Positions 50,719 through 60,659 of a stretch of 64,000 bases of DNA are shown one piece after another; position 1 is the stretch's first letter, and each line of letters starts with the position of its first letter. Both the position numbers and the translations under genes were made by a program. The notes under the pieces were generated by a model, which searched no databases, was not told where the DNA came from, and saw only the letters and a list, made by a program, of their open reading frames with translations. The DNA comes from a virus (Duplodnaviria > Caudoviricetes). The stretch is taken from positions 3,212 to 67,211 of the IMG/VR virus record IMGVR_UViG_3300044535_000374. The stretch is one strand, 5' to 3'.

Positions 50719-53433
50719 TTATTTTAATTTAGCTTCAAGTTCTGCAATACGTTTTTCTAAAGATGCAATCTTTAAAGTATGGACATCCATATAATTTACC
50801 GTTAGTACATCTTTGCCTTCTACAGCATCTGGTATAACTGATTGTACTTGCTGTGCAGAATAACCATATCTTACTATATCACTTCCGTGTCTAGTAAATT
50901 TAATCACATCAATGCCAAGCGCACTTATTTCTGGATTAGTTTCAATTACATTTTTGTATCTAATATCTGATGCTTCAAAGAATGCGTTAGCAGTAAGATG
51001 TCCTGATGTATTTAATGACATTAATATATTAACAGCATTAGCACTATACCATCTATATGAATTTGCCTGTGTTGCCATTCCAACCTCAGCCATATCAACA
51101 ATTTCAACCAATCCATTACCAGATAATGTTCCATTACCATTAAATCTATATTTATTTACACGTATACTATTACTGTTAATAAAAACAGCCTCGCTGTTTG
51201 CGGCAACAAGACATAATTCACCTGTAGCGTAATTACCTATTGAAGCAGTAAAGCCACCTGTAGGATACATTCTAAAAGATGTAGAATTCGTTGCTCCTGT
51301 TGCCTGAAGTTGTATGTAAGGCTCTACAGAAAGAACATGCAATGGCAAGTTATTTCCACCACTATTAATAGTAAGTCTACCTGTTAAAGAACCTCCAGCT
51401 AATGGTAGCTTACTAGAATCTGTAGCACTACCAGCAGTAGTAGCATAATTTACAGAAAAGTTTGCTGGATTCCATACATATATGTCTGTACCATTATTAC
51501 TACCCCATAACCATGTAGGTTGACCTGATTGTCCAGACCAATAAAACGTCATCTCTGCGTTTCTTGCACCAAGAGCAGTATAGTTTCTTACATAAAATCC
51601 AATCTCAGCAAATGTAGTCCTAAGCGAATCAGTTGCATACTTTACATGTAAAGCAGATGGTTCCTTATATCCAACGCTTCCGCCATTTAATCCAGAATCA
51701 TAAGCATATCTTCCATATGTTGCAGTGTCTGCAGTGTCTGCATAACCTACTCTAACTGGAGAAGGATGATTTACAGTCAAATACCAATGACTACCAGTCC
51801 AACTATGAGTCATGAAATAATCATTTGGATGCGTTACAGCCCACAGCCTCATAGCTCCATCTGCTTTACCACTAATATTTACTTGGTCTCCTGTATTTGT
51901 TCCTGAAGAAGTACCACTATGTGAACCACTAAAATTGGCTGCAGATATATTTCCACTTGTCCATATTCCAGAACCCATTGCTGCAGTAGTAACACCTGCT
52001 TGCATTAATAGAAGCTGATGATTTAACCCTGCTTTTGATTGCGGATTATTACCTGCGCCTCCGTAGTCTGGATTATATGACCAAGCTAGTCCGTAAAGAT
52101 TGCCTATATTATTTGAAGCACCTCCATCAGTTAAAACATATGCAGCACCCATAGCAAATATTGCTTGAGTCTGTGATGCATCATAAACACCTACAAGGCC
52201 TTTTCTTCCATTACTAAAAACAATATTTTGTGCTGTAGAATTTCCTCTATTTGTAACAGTAGATAATGTGTCAGTGTAAGCTGTTAAAAATGAACCATAG
52301 TTTCCTAAGTCATTTGTAAACTGAGATAATGCAGTTGGTCTCCCAGTAATACTAGTCCAAGCTAATGATGTTACAATTGTATCTGGTGGTATTACCCATG
52401 TCCCATCCTCTCTTAAATAACGAGTAGTTGAAGAGCCTCCTGGGTTTGGTACTAAGCCTGCAACCGTTCTGGTAAAATTGCTATAAGTTGTATTTACTGA
52501 ACTAATTATACCATTCGCATCTATTGACACATTTGTTCCTGCGCTAAAAGATGCCCTAGCTCTAGCTGTAGTAAAATATAAGTTACCTGATTCGGTAACT
52601 TGAGATGTATTATAATCTCCAGTATTAGCTACTACAACACCCTGCCTTCCGTATACAGAAACAACAGATGAACTGTTATCAATTTTAATCCAACCAGCTG
52701 CTGTTTTAACAGCTAAGTCATTAACATTCCAAGTAGTAATCCCGCCTAAATTAGTTGAACCAGCTACTGAAACCCTCCATGTAAATCCAGTAGTAGTAGT
52801 GCCTGATATATTAGGAGTATTGGTATTTGCATTCCAATCACCTTGTATGTTTACTCCACCAGTCACAGCAGAATCAACATAAGATTTTACTGCGGCTTGC
52901 GTTGGATATAATGTACTAGAATTACCTAAAGCAGCATTATTTGATTTGTTGGATGCAATTTCATAACCTGCAGATGCATGGTTCCCCCATCCAAATGCAG
53001 CATCCCAGTCGCTTATCTTAGTAGTAGTAATAGCTTTTACATGAGATGGGACTGTTGGGTCTGTCTCTGTAAATGATGTAAGGTATCCAGCTAACGCATG
53101 ATTACCCCATCCAAACGCAGTATTCCAATTTGCTGAATTGTTTGTAATAGAAGTTCCCCAGCCAGTACCGCTTGATAAAGCGATTCCAGCTGACGGATAT
53201 ACCATAGAATCTATAGTCCAACTTCTATTTGCTGATAAGTCAAATGTAACTCCATTAATAGTCAATGTTCTAGATTGTAGAATCTGACCACTATTCTGAG
53301 CGTCTACGTATTCTTTTGTAGCTACTTCCTTGTTGACAAAAATAGACAAACTAGCAGGTAACGAAATGTTACCGATGTTATCGTATGAAACTAAATTCCT
53401 GAGAAACCCAGTATCTATTGCTTTTAAACTCAT
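50719..53433 (-). CDS. Tail fibre with C-terminal S74 intramolecular chaperone
   Basis: SDIRYK...GYSAQQV...P.AV...VNY and terminal coiled coil; TINGVTFDLSANRSW and ETDP repeats. Confidence 0.85.
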   Translation of the reverse strand: MSLKAIDTGFLRNLVSYDNIGNISLPASLSIFVNKEVATKEYVDAQNSGQILQSRTLTINGVTFDLSANRSWTIDSMVYPSAGIALSSGTGWGTSITNNSANWNTAFGWGNHALAGYLTSFTETDPTVPSHVKAITTTKISDWDAAFGWGNHASAGYEIASNKSNNAALGNSSTLYPTQAAVKSYVDSAVTGGVNIQGDWNANTNTPNISGTTTTGFTWRVSVAGSTNLGGITTWNVNDLAVKTAAGWIKIDNSSSVVSVYGRQGVVVANTGDYNTSQVTESGNLYFTTARARASFSAGTNVSIDANGIISSVNTTYSNFTRTVAGLVPNPGGSSTTRYLREDGTWVIPPDTIVTSLAWTSITGRPTALSQFTNDLGNYGSFLTAYTDTLSTVTNRGNSTAQNIVFSNGRKGLVGVYDASQTQAIFAMGAAYVLTDGGASNNIGNLYGLAWSYNPDYGGAGNNPQSKAGLNHQLLLMQAGVTTAAMGSGIWTSGNISAANFSGSHSGTSSGTNTGDQVNISGKADGAMRLWAVTHPNDYFMTHSWTGSHWYLTVNHPSPVRVGYADTADTATYGRYAYDSGLNGGSVGYKEPSALHVKYATDSLRTTFAEIGFYVRNYTALGARNAEMTFYWSGQSGQPTWLWGSNNGTDIYVWNPANFSVNYATTAGSATDSSKLPLAGGSLTGRLTINSGGNNLPLHVLSVEPYIQLQATGATNSTSFRMYPTGGFTASIGNYATGELCLVAANSEAVFINSNSIRVNKYRFNGNGTLSGNGLVEIVDMAEVGMATQANSYRWYSANAVNILMSLNTSGHLTANAFFEASDIRYKNVIETNPEISALGIDVIKFTRHGSDIVRYGYSAQQVQSVIPDAVEGKDVLTVNYMDVHTLKIASLEKRIAELEAKLK

Positions 53434-53448
53434 TGCTTACTATTTAAG

Positions 53449-53456
53449 CAAAGATA
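53449..53456 (-). promoter_or_regulatory. -7 promoter element TATCTTTG
   Basis: 15 nt upstream of ATG 53433. Confidence 0.6.
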
Positions 53457-53845
53457 CTAACAATCTACTACGTTCTCACCCTTGAATAAATGAGATAATA
53501 TCATCTTAATATTATTGCCTTATTTTTAAAAATTTATCATCTACTTCAGCCCATTTGCCTGCTGGGCAAGCCCCATTTACAGGAGAAAATACTTTTGCTT
53601 TTAAAGCACACCCACACATTCCACAATGTATAACAGGTTCATTACGCTTATTTTCACACATGTTACAAATCTGTATTCTTTCTGTTGCTAGTTCTGCCTG
53701 AGCATCGTTAGGGTTAAACATTATACCCCATGCTGAGAATATTTCCTTTACTTTAGCCATCGTCTTAAAGGCCTCATTTAAATTCATATAGGCATGCCTT
53801 TTGGTTAAAAAATATAAGAAATACTAACAATCTACTACGTTCTCA
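53454..53845. repeat. 25 bp direct repeat flanking a small gene
   Basis: ATACTAACAATCTACTACGTTCTCA at 53454-53478 and 53821-53845. Confidence 0.9.
53512..53787 (-). CDS. Small Cys-rich zinc-binding protein
   Basis: ER.QIC..C, CGMCGC.L.AK, CPAGKW. Confidence 0.7.
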   Translation of the reverse strand: MNLNEAFKTMAKVKEIFSAWGIMFNPNDAQAELATERIQICNMCENKRNEPVIHCGMCGCALKAKVFSPVNGACPAGKWAEVDDKFLKIRQ

Positions 53846-54306
53846 GCCCCAAATAAGCCTACTAATTTATCTTTAAGTTTAGCATAACCGAATTCAAAGA
53901 TAGTCTCGTCTTCTAAAGGAGTCAAGTCAGGAACTGTAGCTGTGTATGTTTCTTCCACATCTTGCATCTCCCAAGTAGAACTTGCAGGAGTTATAACCTC
54001 TCCCTCTGAATCTAAAACAGCTTCTGTTACTACTTCTACATTTCTTTGTACTGTTCTTGTAGCTTCTACTTCTTTAGTCATAGCAACCCATAGGTTATCA
54101 CCTACTTGTTGGTTACGAGCTTGTCCTGCACCTAGCGGCATAGGGTAATTACCGTTATTAGCTAATGATTCAGCTTGAGTTTGAAATAATTCAATTCTAA
54201 AGCTAGCATTACCGTATTTAGATACTTGGTAATCAGCGATTCTTACGTAAGCCTCAGATGTGATACCTTTATCTGTACCAATCTGTGTTGTGATTTTTAG
54301 TGCCAT
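53824..54306 (-). CDS. Tail fibre-associated hypothetical protein
   Basis: 160 aa, AYVRI, F.FGY..LK; own promoter. Confidence 0.55.
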   Translation of the reverse strand: MALKITTQIGTDKGITSEAYVRIADYQVSKYGNASFRIELFQTQAESLANNGNYPMPLGAGQARNQQVGDNLWVAMTKEVEATRTVQRNVEVVTEAVLDSEGEVITPASSTWEMQDVEETYTATVPDLTPLEDETIFEFGYAKLKDKLVGLFGAENVVDC

Positions 54307-54325
54307 TTTATTTTATTTTAATTTA

Positions 54326-54333
54326 CAAAGATA
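54326..54333 (-). promoter_or_regulatory. -7 promoter element TATCTTTG
   Basis: Intergenic, upstream of ATG 54306. Confidence 0.6.
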
Positions 54334-54348
54334 ACTATTAAATAGTAT

Positions 54349-54570
54349 TTATAATAAAGATTTTACATTATTTAAAAAACTAGTAAAACTAGGCTCATCA
54401 GCTGATTCAAGATTAGCACCCTGAACTCTAGTTAAAGCGTCGTTATAAAGCTTTTCATCTCTAATTTCTGTAATACGCTTCTGCGTATTAGAAATAAACG
54501 CTTCACGATAAGTAAGCGTAACAGGGTCAAATTGGTAATAAATACTGTCGTTTTTTTTGTAGTAAATCAT
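54349..54570 (-). CDS. Hypothetical protein
   Basis: 73 aa, A-rich leader. Confidence 0.55.
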   Translation of the reverse strand: MIYYKKNDSIYYQFDPVTLTYREAFISNTQKRITEIRDEKLYNDALTRVQGANLESADEPSFTSFLNNVKSLL

Positions 54571-54595
54571 ATTTTTATTTTTTTATATATATTAA

Positions 54596-55045
54596 TTAGC
54601 AATAAGTACAGTCTACAAATGGCGGGTCTTGATAATATCCACAGTTTCCATCGTGGTATGAAAATGTTGTGATACATCCAGAGCACATAACAAAAGCAAG
54701 TTGACCATATGGAGGACAAGAGCCACAACCACAAGCAGGTGAATCAGAGCTCGCTTGACCAAATGAACCACAATACCCATTTGCAAAAAATTCGTATAAT
54801 GTACAACCTGAGCAATAAGAATAAAGAAATGTTCCATATGGGTCGCAACTAGCAGTATGATTATAATTATACCACTCACTCATCCTAGCTGGCTTGCTAG
54901 AAGAAGGCCTACTAGCAGAGTTTGTATTAATAGCTCCATATCCTCCATCTTCGGCACTACCCAAGCTTATAGTAGAAGTAGCAGACCTTTGAAGTTCTGT
55001 ATTAATTTGACCCATTGAGATAGTTCCGCTACTTTGTAATGCCAT
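54596..55045 (-). CDS. Fibre-tip / adhesin-like protein with Cys-rich repeats
   Basis: MALQSSGTIS...INTEL N-terminus typical of fibre-capping proteins; two C.PYG......CSGC.......G.CG repeats. Confidence 0.6.
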   Translation of the reverse strand: MALQSSGTISMGQINTELQRSATSTISLGSAEDGGYGAINTNSASRPSSSKPARMSEWYNYNHTASCDPYGTFLYSYCSGCTLYEFFANGYCGSFGQASSDSPACGCGSCPPYGQLAFVMCSGCITTFSYHDGNCGYYQDPPFVDCTYC

Positions 55046-58000
55046 TGATTATAGATTTAAGTTCACTAATCTGTTCGGCTTGTTCTTTTATTTGTTTTTG
55101 CTGTTCTTTGAATGCCTCAATGAATAAACCACCAAGGTTACCGTATTTAACACCATACTCGTCTATGTCTTTTGCGTATGAAACAGCTTCTGGCAATACT
55201 TCATCTACTTCTTGGGCAATTACACCAAGCTGTCTACCGCTTTCTTCTTCACCTATTTTATTATAAAATACCCCACGCATTTTAGTAACAGTTTCAAGTG
55301 CTTTGTCTATAGTTACTACATTAATCTTTTTACGAGCATCAGAATAAGCAACAACATCTCCAGTTGCATAAATTGCACCACCTACATACATTTGATAAGA
55401 ACCTGATGTAGTTGAAGTACCAATACCCATACAGTTATTACCTATATGGTAATAGAAATACCACAATCCATTAGCTTCTCTGTAAACACCTCCATTACCA
55501 GCACCGTCATACATTATGCCAGAAACTGCACTATAATTATCATATATACCACCATAACCATTCTTATTACCAATTATTTCCATTTGGGTGTATGAAGAAG
55601 TAATATTTGGTCTTATGTGAAAGCTATAATAACTAGGCCAAAAAATACCATGAGCCCCATTCATTTGCATCCAATTATTTACATTATAATACCCATTAGG
55701 GTTACCTACTGCATTAGGTGCATTAACAAAAGATGTAAAATTACCAGAATGCATCATTTCTACCCAACTTTGTATACCAGGCCATGCATTTCTCCAAAAA
55801 TATCTATTTGATGCTTCCCCAGCACATGCCATCTGAAAACCATATGCATTTGCACTATTTTCAAAATTATAATGTAATGATTGAAATCCTACATAGTGAC
55901 TTGAGCCACCTGGTGCATTACCTGGATTACTCCACGTATCAATAAAACCAGAACCCCAATTAGAAAATATAGTATTAAAATCAACAGTTCCCCATCCCAT
56001 TGTTCCATTTTGATAGTTTCTTGCTTGAGCTGCTCTAGTTCCATATGGAGAATTAATACTAAGATAATTCATAGCATTTCTAGTCATAGTAGCAGATGTA
56101 AATCTATTCAGATTAGATTCACTATTTGGGTCTAGATAGAATCCTGTATCATTAGAATCGTAGAATATAGGAGAACGCATTGACCCAATTGCAAACATAC
56201 TACCGCCTGGGTCTATACCACCAACAGTAGCTCCTGCTTCTTCTGAATAAAAATGGAATGATTGTGTACCAACTAATTGTGCACTGGTTCTTTTTCCAAC
56301 ATACCAACTACTACCAGAACCTCCTATATAGCGAACCATTGCCTCGTATCCATTACCAGGATTAATAGTAAGGTATTTATGAGCAGCTCCTGTAATTGAT
56401 AAATCTGAAAAATTAGTTTGTGACGTTGTTCCAGAATTATCTGCATATCCTACTCTTACAGGAGATGGATGATTTACAGTTAGATACCAGTGTGAACCTG
56501 TCCAGTTGTGAACCATATAGTAATCACTTGGATGCGTTACAGCCCATAGTTTCATTGACCCATCTACTTTTTGAGAACCTATATTACCAGAAGTAATAAA
56601 TTCCCTCCAAGGATTAAATGTTCCAGCATCTCCATTTCTAGTTCTAAATGCAATTAAGTTACCTCCTCCTCCATATGCTGCATTTAATTGTAAAGAATAT
56701 CCTGTTTCACTAAATCTAGCGATAGGGCCTGTATATGGTGCATTTACAGAATAAGTAAATCCAGTAGAGTTGCCATCCATTGTATTAGCATCAAGTGTAA
56801 ATCCTTGATAATACATTATTAAAGATGGTTTACTAGATACATTACCCCATGCTACAGCATTTGCAGTAGATGCTGTAGTTGCTGTTGCTGCATTTCCATT
56901 ATATTGTGAACCATTAGCGCTAATAAAATATGTAGCACCATTTAAATAAATTATACCATTACGATAAAAATTTAAATACATGCTTTTCCCAGTACCACTA
57001 TCCATATGTAAATTACCATCTGTAGCTTGAACCACAGCAATGTTAGCAATAGCTCCTGGGTCGCCATTACCACCTATTTGTAATCTAGCTCCCCATGTAG
57101 CATTAGCTTGTGTTAAAAAAGTTGCACCTGCAGCTGCGGTAGCTGTAGTGGCATTACCAGATAAAGCTCCACTGAATGTAGGTGCAGTAACTGTACCTGA
57201 CATAGTAAGATTACCAGATTGGTCAAGTATAAAAACTTGAGTACCACCAACGTTTCTTATTTGAAAGTTAGTTTGAGAAACTATATTATAAGAACCTGCA
57301 CCTGTGGCTCCACTTGTATTAAATGATATTACTGCAGTTGAACCTGGAAGTCTAACATTTTCATTATAGTTTCCTCCAGGGCCTTGAGCTATTAATAATC
57401 CTGTTGTTATTGCTGCAGTAGTTGTTGCTCCTCTTGCAGTAACAGTAGCTAATGTATCTGTTTCTGATGCAGTAACAGTAAAACTTCTATTAGCTGATAA
57501 ATCTAAAGTAGTACCATTAATTGTAATAGTTCTAGCGTTTGTTACAGGAGTGTATCCTAAAGCTGTAGTAACCAATGTGCTAGATATACCACTTGCAACA
57601 ATTGCGCTTGGTAAAACAAGAAGAGATACTCCACTACCAATAATTGCACCAGTACCACCAGTAACAGTAATTAAGTTTGTATCATTGCTTACGATATTTC
57701 CAATCGTTAAAGCGTTCTGTTTTCCATTAAATGTATTCCAATCTGTTGAGCTTAAAAATCCATTAGTAGACGTATTAGCTTGAGATATAGAAACTGTTGC
57801 AGCTCCTGATGTAGTTGATACATTTATTGGAGAAGTTCCTGAAACAGAAACAATACCAGCAGCTATTGTCCAAGACCTATTAGCGCTTAAATCAAATGTT
57901 GTACCATTGATTGTTATAGTCCTAGATGTAGGCACATAAGAACTCAGAGCAGATGACAATGCATAAGAACCCAAAGCTGTAGTTACCCATGCTTGGGATG

Positions 58001-58109
58001 CTACTAGCTGATTTGTATGCATAGTAATTCCAGCAGGAACTGTTATATGGTTTTCTGCATCGTATGCTACTATGTGTGCTAAGTGCCCTAAATCTTTTGT
58101 CTTACCCAT
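55029..58109 (-). CDS. Tail fibre with C-terminal S74 intramolecular chaperone
   Basis: SDARKK.N...G.IAQEV..V.PEAV...V.Y; two TINGTT.DLSANRS repeats. Confidence 0.88.
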   Translation of the reverse strand: MGKTKDLGHLAHIVAYDAENHITVPAGITMHTNQLVASQAWVTTALGSYALSSALSSYVPTSRTITINGTTFDLSANRSWTIAAGIVSVSGTSPINVSTTSGAATVSISQANTSTNGFLSSTDWNTFNGKQNALTIGNIVSNDTNLITVTGGTGAIIGSGVSLLVLPSAIVASGISSTLVTTALGYTPVTNARTITINGTTLDLSANRSFTVTASETDTLATVTARGATTTAAITTGLLIAQGPGGNYNENVRLPGSTAVISFNTSGATGAGSYNIVSQTNFQIRNVGGTQVFILDQSGNLTMSGTVTAPTFSGALSGNATTATAAAGATFLTQANATWGARLQIGGNGDPGAIANIAVVQATDGNLHMDSGTGKSMYLNFYRNGIIYLNGATYFISANGSQYNGNAATATTASTANAVAWGNVSSKPSLIMYYQGFTLDANTMDGNSTGFTYSVNAPYTGPIARFSETGYSLQLNAAYGGGGNLIAFRTRNGDAGTFNPWREFITSGNIGSQKVDGSMKLWAVTHPSDYYMVHNWTGSHWYLTVNHPSPVRVGYADNSGTTSQTNFSDLSITGAAHKYLTINPGNGYEAMVRYIGGSGSSWYVGKRTSAQLVGTQSFHFYSEEAGATVGGIDPGGSMFAIGSMRSPIFYDSNDTGFYLDPNSESNLNRFTSATMTRNAMNYLSINSPYGTRAAQARNYQNGTMGWGTVDFNTIFSNWGSGFIDTWSNPGNAPGGSSHYVGFQSLHYNFENSANAYGFQMACAGEASNRYFWRNAWPGIQSWVEMMHSGNFTSFVNAPNAVGNPNGYYNVNNWMQMNGAHGIFWPSYYSFHIRPNITSSYTQMEIIGNKNGYGGIYDNYSAVSGIMYDGAGNGGVYREANGLWYFYYHIGNNCMGIGTSTTSGSYQMYVGGAIYATGDVVAYSDARKKINVVTIDKALETVTKMRGVFYNKIGEEESGRQLGVIAQEVDEVLPEAVSYAKDIDEYGVKYGNLGGLFIEAFKEQQKQIKEQAEQISELKSIINGITK

Positions 58110-58113
58110 TATA

Positions 58114-58121
58114 CAAAGTTA
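58114..58121 (-). promoter_or_regulatory. -7 promoter TAACTTTG (probably leaderless)
   Basis: 4 nt before ATG 58109. Confidence 0.6.
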
Positions 58122-58124
58122 TTA

Positions 58125-60656
58125 TTATTTATTCTCTAATGCGTCTATTTCTGCTTTAAGTTCTTGTATTGCGTTTACTAATGTAACTATAATTACGTTG
58201 TAGTTAATACCAATAAAATCTTCGTTTTGTTCAAATGCTTGTGGGATATGTTCTTTTACTTCTTGTGCAATTAAACCTATTTGCTTTTCATCCCCATCTT
58301 CTTGAAAGTCCATATTATATCTTTTAGGCTTTAATCCTAAAATTGCATCAAGACCTAAACTATATGTTTCAAAGTTTCTTTTTCTTTTAGCATCAGAAGC
58401 AGCTACCCAAACAGATGAAGCATTTAAAAGAACATAACCACCATTATTAGAATAAGCATATAAAGCTGAAGATGCAGCACCCATATATCCATGAATTGTG
58501 CCTCCAAAAGCAAATGCTAATGGAAGAGAATTGTCAGGAGAGTTAACTACTACAGTATTCCCGTTTTGTTGTATTTTAAGAGCAGTATGCGTAGTGCCAC
58601 CTGAATTAAACATATCAAAATTAATCCCATTTGAAGTATCCATCCTCATTTGTGCATTACCTCCAGAAAAAACTAAAATTCCATTACCACTTCCTGGCGA
58701 AACTGTATTTGTATTTGCTCTTGTAAATTGTATTGCAGATGAGGCATAACTATAAGCACTCATAGTTAATGTACTTGCGAATGTAGCAGCACCAGTAGTA
58801 GTCATGTTAAATAAAGTAGATAAGCTGCCGTTTTTAATGTTAAAATCTCCAGTTATTAAAAGCCTTGTATTATCTGTGCCACTTTCAATTCCAAGCAAAT
58901 CTATAAGTAAATTACCGCTACTTCTTCTTGCTTTATAAAATTGACCATTACCAACTTCAAAACTTGTTGCCGTTACACTACTTGAGAATGTAGCAGCACC
59001 AGTTGTTCTATTAAATACTAAATTATTAACCCCAGTTGTTGTATTTCTTATTACAAAATCCCCATTATTTTGTCCAGTTCTACCAGATGTTATGTTATAT
59101 GCCGTTCCTTCGGTAGCATCTGTATTTATAATTCTTAAACCTCTATTATCTCCAGTTGATATATCTGCATAAACTATCGTTAATAAATTACTTGTTGATA
59201 TACTTGTACTAAACGTAGCACTTGTACCACTTAAAGCACCAGTAAGTGTACCGCCTGTTAAGGGCAAATAAGCTGATAAGTTTGATGTTAGTGCAATAGT
59301 ACCACTCGCATCAGGTAATTGTATTGTTCTATTTTGTGTTGCAAGAGAGCCAAACAATTCAACATAGTTTGAAGTTTCATTTGTTGCTCCATACAATCTT
59401 AAAAGAGGCGCTAATAGTCTATTAATGCCTGAATTAAAAACCATTGTAATTGATGGAGTAGTTCCCCCACTCCCATCCATCCTTGTAGTTCCTGTAAAAA
59501 TACCACCAGATAAAGGCATGTAAGTACTAAGTGCAGAACTTGTTGTTAAGTATGTACTATTGTCATAAGAAACAGTTGTTCCTGATACTTTTACAAAACC
59601 AGTACCATTTAGCTGAGGCTGTGCTCCTAAACTTGTATTATCAATTGTCCAGCTTCTATTAGCAGATAAATCATAAGCAGTACCATTTATTGTAAGTGTT
59701 CTGCTATTAGCAACGCCACCCCCAGTCTCCCAAGCTACTACTTCAACAACCTGTCCACTTGGAGGAGTAAATGCTAAAGTAACGCTAGTTCCATTTGTAG
59801 CTGTAAATTCTGCAGATGATAATTTAGAACCATTATAAAACACATCAACTTGCCCAACAGTATATGTTGCGCTATAAGTTGCTGTACTACCATTTGTAGT
59901 GAACTCGTATTCTGTTCTTGCGTTTTGATTTGCAGATACAGTCCAAGACCTATCTGCACTTAAATCATAAGTAGTTCCGTTAATTGTAATTGTTCTAGAA
60001 TTTGGAACAGGAGTGTATCCTAATGCTGCAGGTATAGCTGTAGATAATGGAGTAGCTATAGGGTAAGAATTTGAATTACCTATCCATACATTACCCTCTG
60101 GTACATTAGGTAGGTCTTGATATTGACCTGCTCCAAAAGCTCCACCAGACCCATTATTTTGTTGTATCCTGCCTACTTTAAAAACAGCTTGTATTAAATT
60201 ATTACCAGTTGGTCTTGTTGTTGCCCATCCGCCTGTTGGGGCTACATATAAAGTATCACCTGTTGCGTAAGGCGTTGTATTAACTCCTTCTAGTTTCCCA
60301 TATAGTAATACATCTGTTCTGTTGTTATTTCCTACAGAAGATTGTGTTATACCAATTGCAGGCATAAACAAAGGGTTGTCCGCTCTAGCTAATGCTATTT
60401 CAGGAGTTCCGTCTGAATGTATGCCTACGCAACAAACTGGTCTAAATGCACTTATAGAAGAACCTGACGCATTAATCATTTCACATACAAGTCTCTGAGC
60501 ATCCTCTGCAGTAGAAGCAATAGCAGAACCGAATGAAAGATTTCCATTTCCGTCTGTTACGATTGCTTGATTTGCAGAGCCATCAGCTATTGGAAATGTA
60601 TATTCACCCCCAACAGCGGTAGCTATAGTTATACCTGTAAGAAATTTTTTAGCCAT
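58125..60656 (-). CDS. Tail fibre with C-terminal S74 intramolecular chaperone
   Basis: SDAKRK.N...GLIAQEV...IP.A; VDVFYNG module; two TING...DLSA.RSW repeats. Confidence 0.85.
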   Translation of the reverse strand: MAKKFLTGITIATAVGGEYTFPIADGSANQAIVTDGNGNLSFGSAIASTAEDAQRLVCEMINASGSSISAFRPVCCVGIHSDGTPEIALARADNPLFMPAIGITQSSVGNNNRTDVLLYGKLEGVNTTPYATGDTLYVAPTGGWATTRPTGNNLIQAVFKVGRIQQNNGSGGAFGAGQYQDLPNVPEGNVWIGNSNSYPIATPLSTAIPAALGYTPVPNSRTITINGTTYDLSADRSWTVSANQNARTEYEFTTNGSTATYSATYTVGQVDVFYNGSKLSSAEFTATNGTSVTLAFTPPSGQVVEVVAWETGGGVANSRTLTINGTAYDLSANRSWTIDNTSLGAQPQLNGTGFVKVSGTTVSYDNSTYLTTSSALSTYMPLSGGIFTGTTRMDGSGGTTPSITMVFNSGINRLLAPLLRLYGATNETSNYVELFGSLATQNRTIQLPDASGTIALTSNLSAYLPLTGGTLTGALSGTSATFSTSISTSNLLTIVYADISTGDNRGLRIINTDATEGTAYNITSGRTGQNNGDFVIRNTTTGVNNLVFNRTTGAATFSSSVTATSFEVGNGQFYKARRSSGNLLIDLLGIESGTDNTRLLITGDFNIKNGSLSTLFNMTTTGAATFASTLTMSAYSYASSAIQFTRANTNTVSPGSGNGILVFSGGNAQMRMDTSNGINFDMFNSGGTTHTALKIQQNGNTVVVNSPDNSLPLAFAFGGTIHGYMGAASSALYAYSNNGGYVLLNASSVWVAASDAKRKRNFETYSLGLDAILGLKPKRYNMDFQEDGDEKQIGLIAQEVKEHIPQAFEQNEDFIGINYNVIIVTLVNAIQELKAEIDALENK

Positions 60657-60659
60657 TTA

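Noticed and set aside
51739-56570. Diversity-generating retroelement (TR/VR pair) in the fibre genes
   Set aside because: Both copies are inside coding regions, differences are not adenine-specific, and no reverse transcriptase is visible in the window
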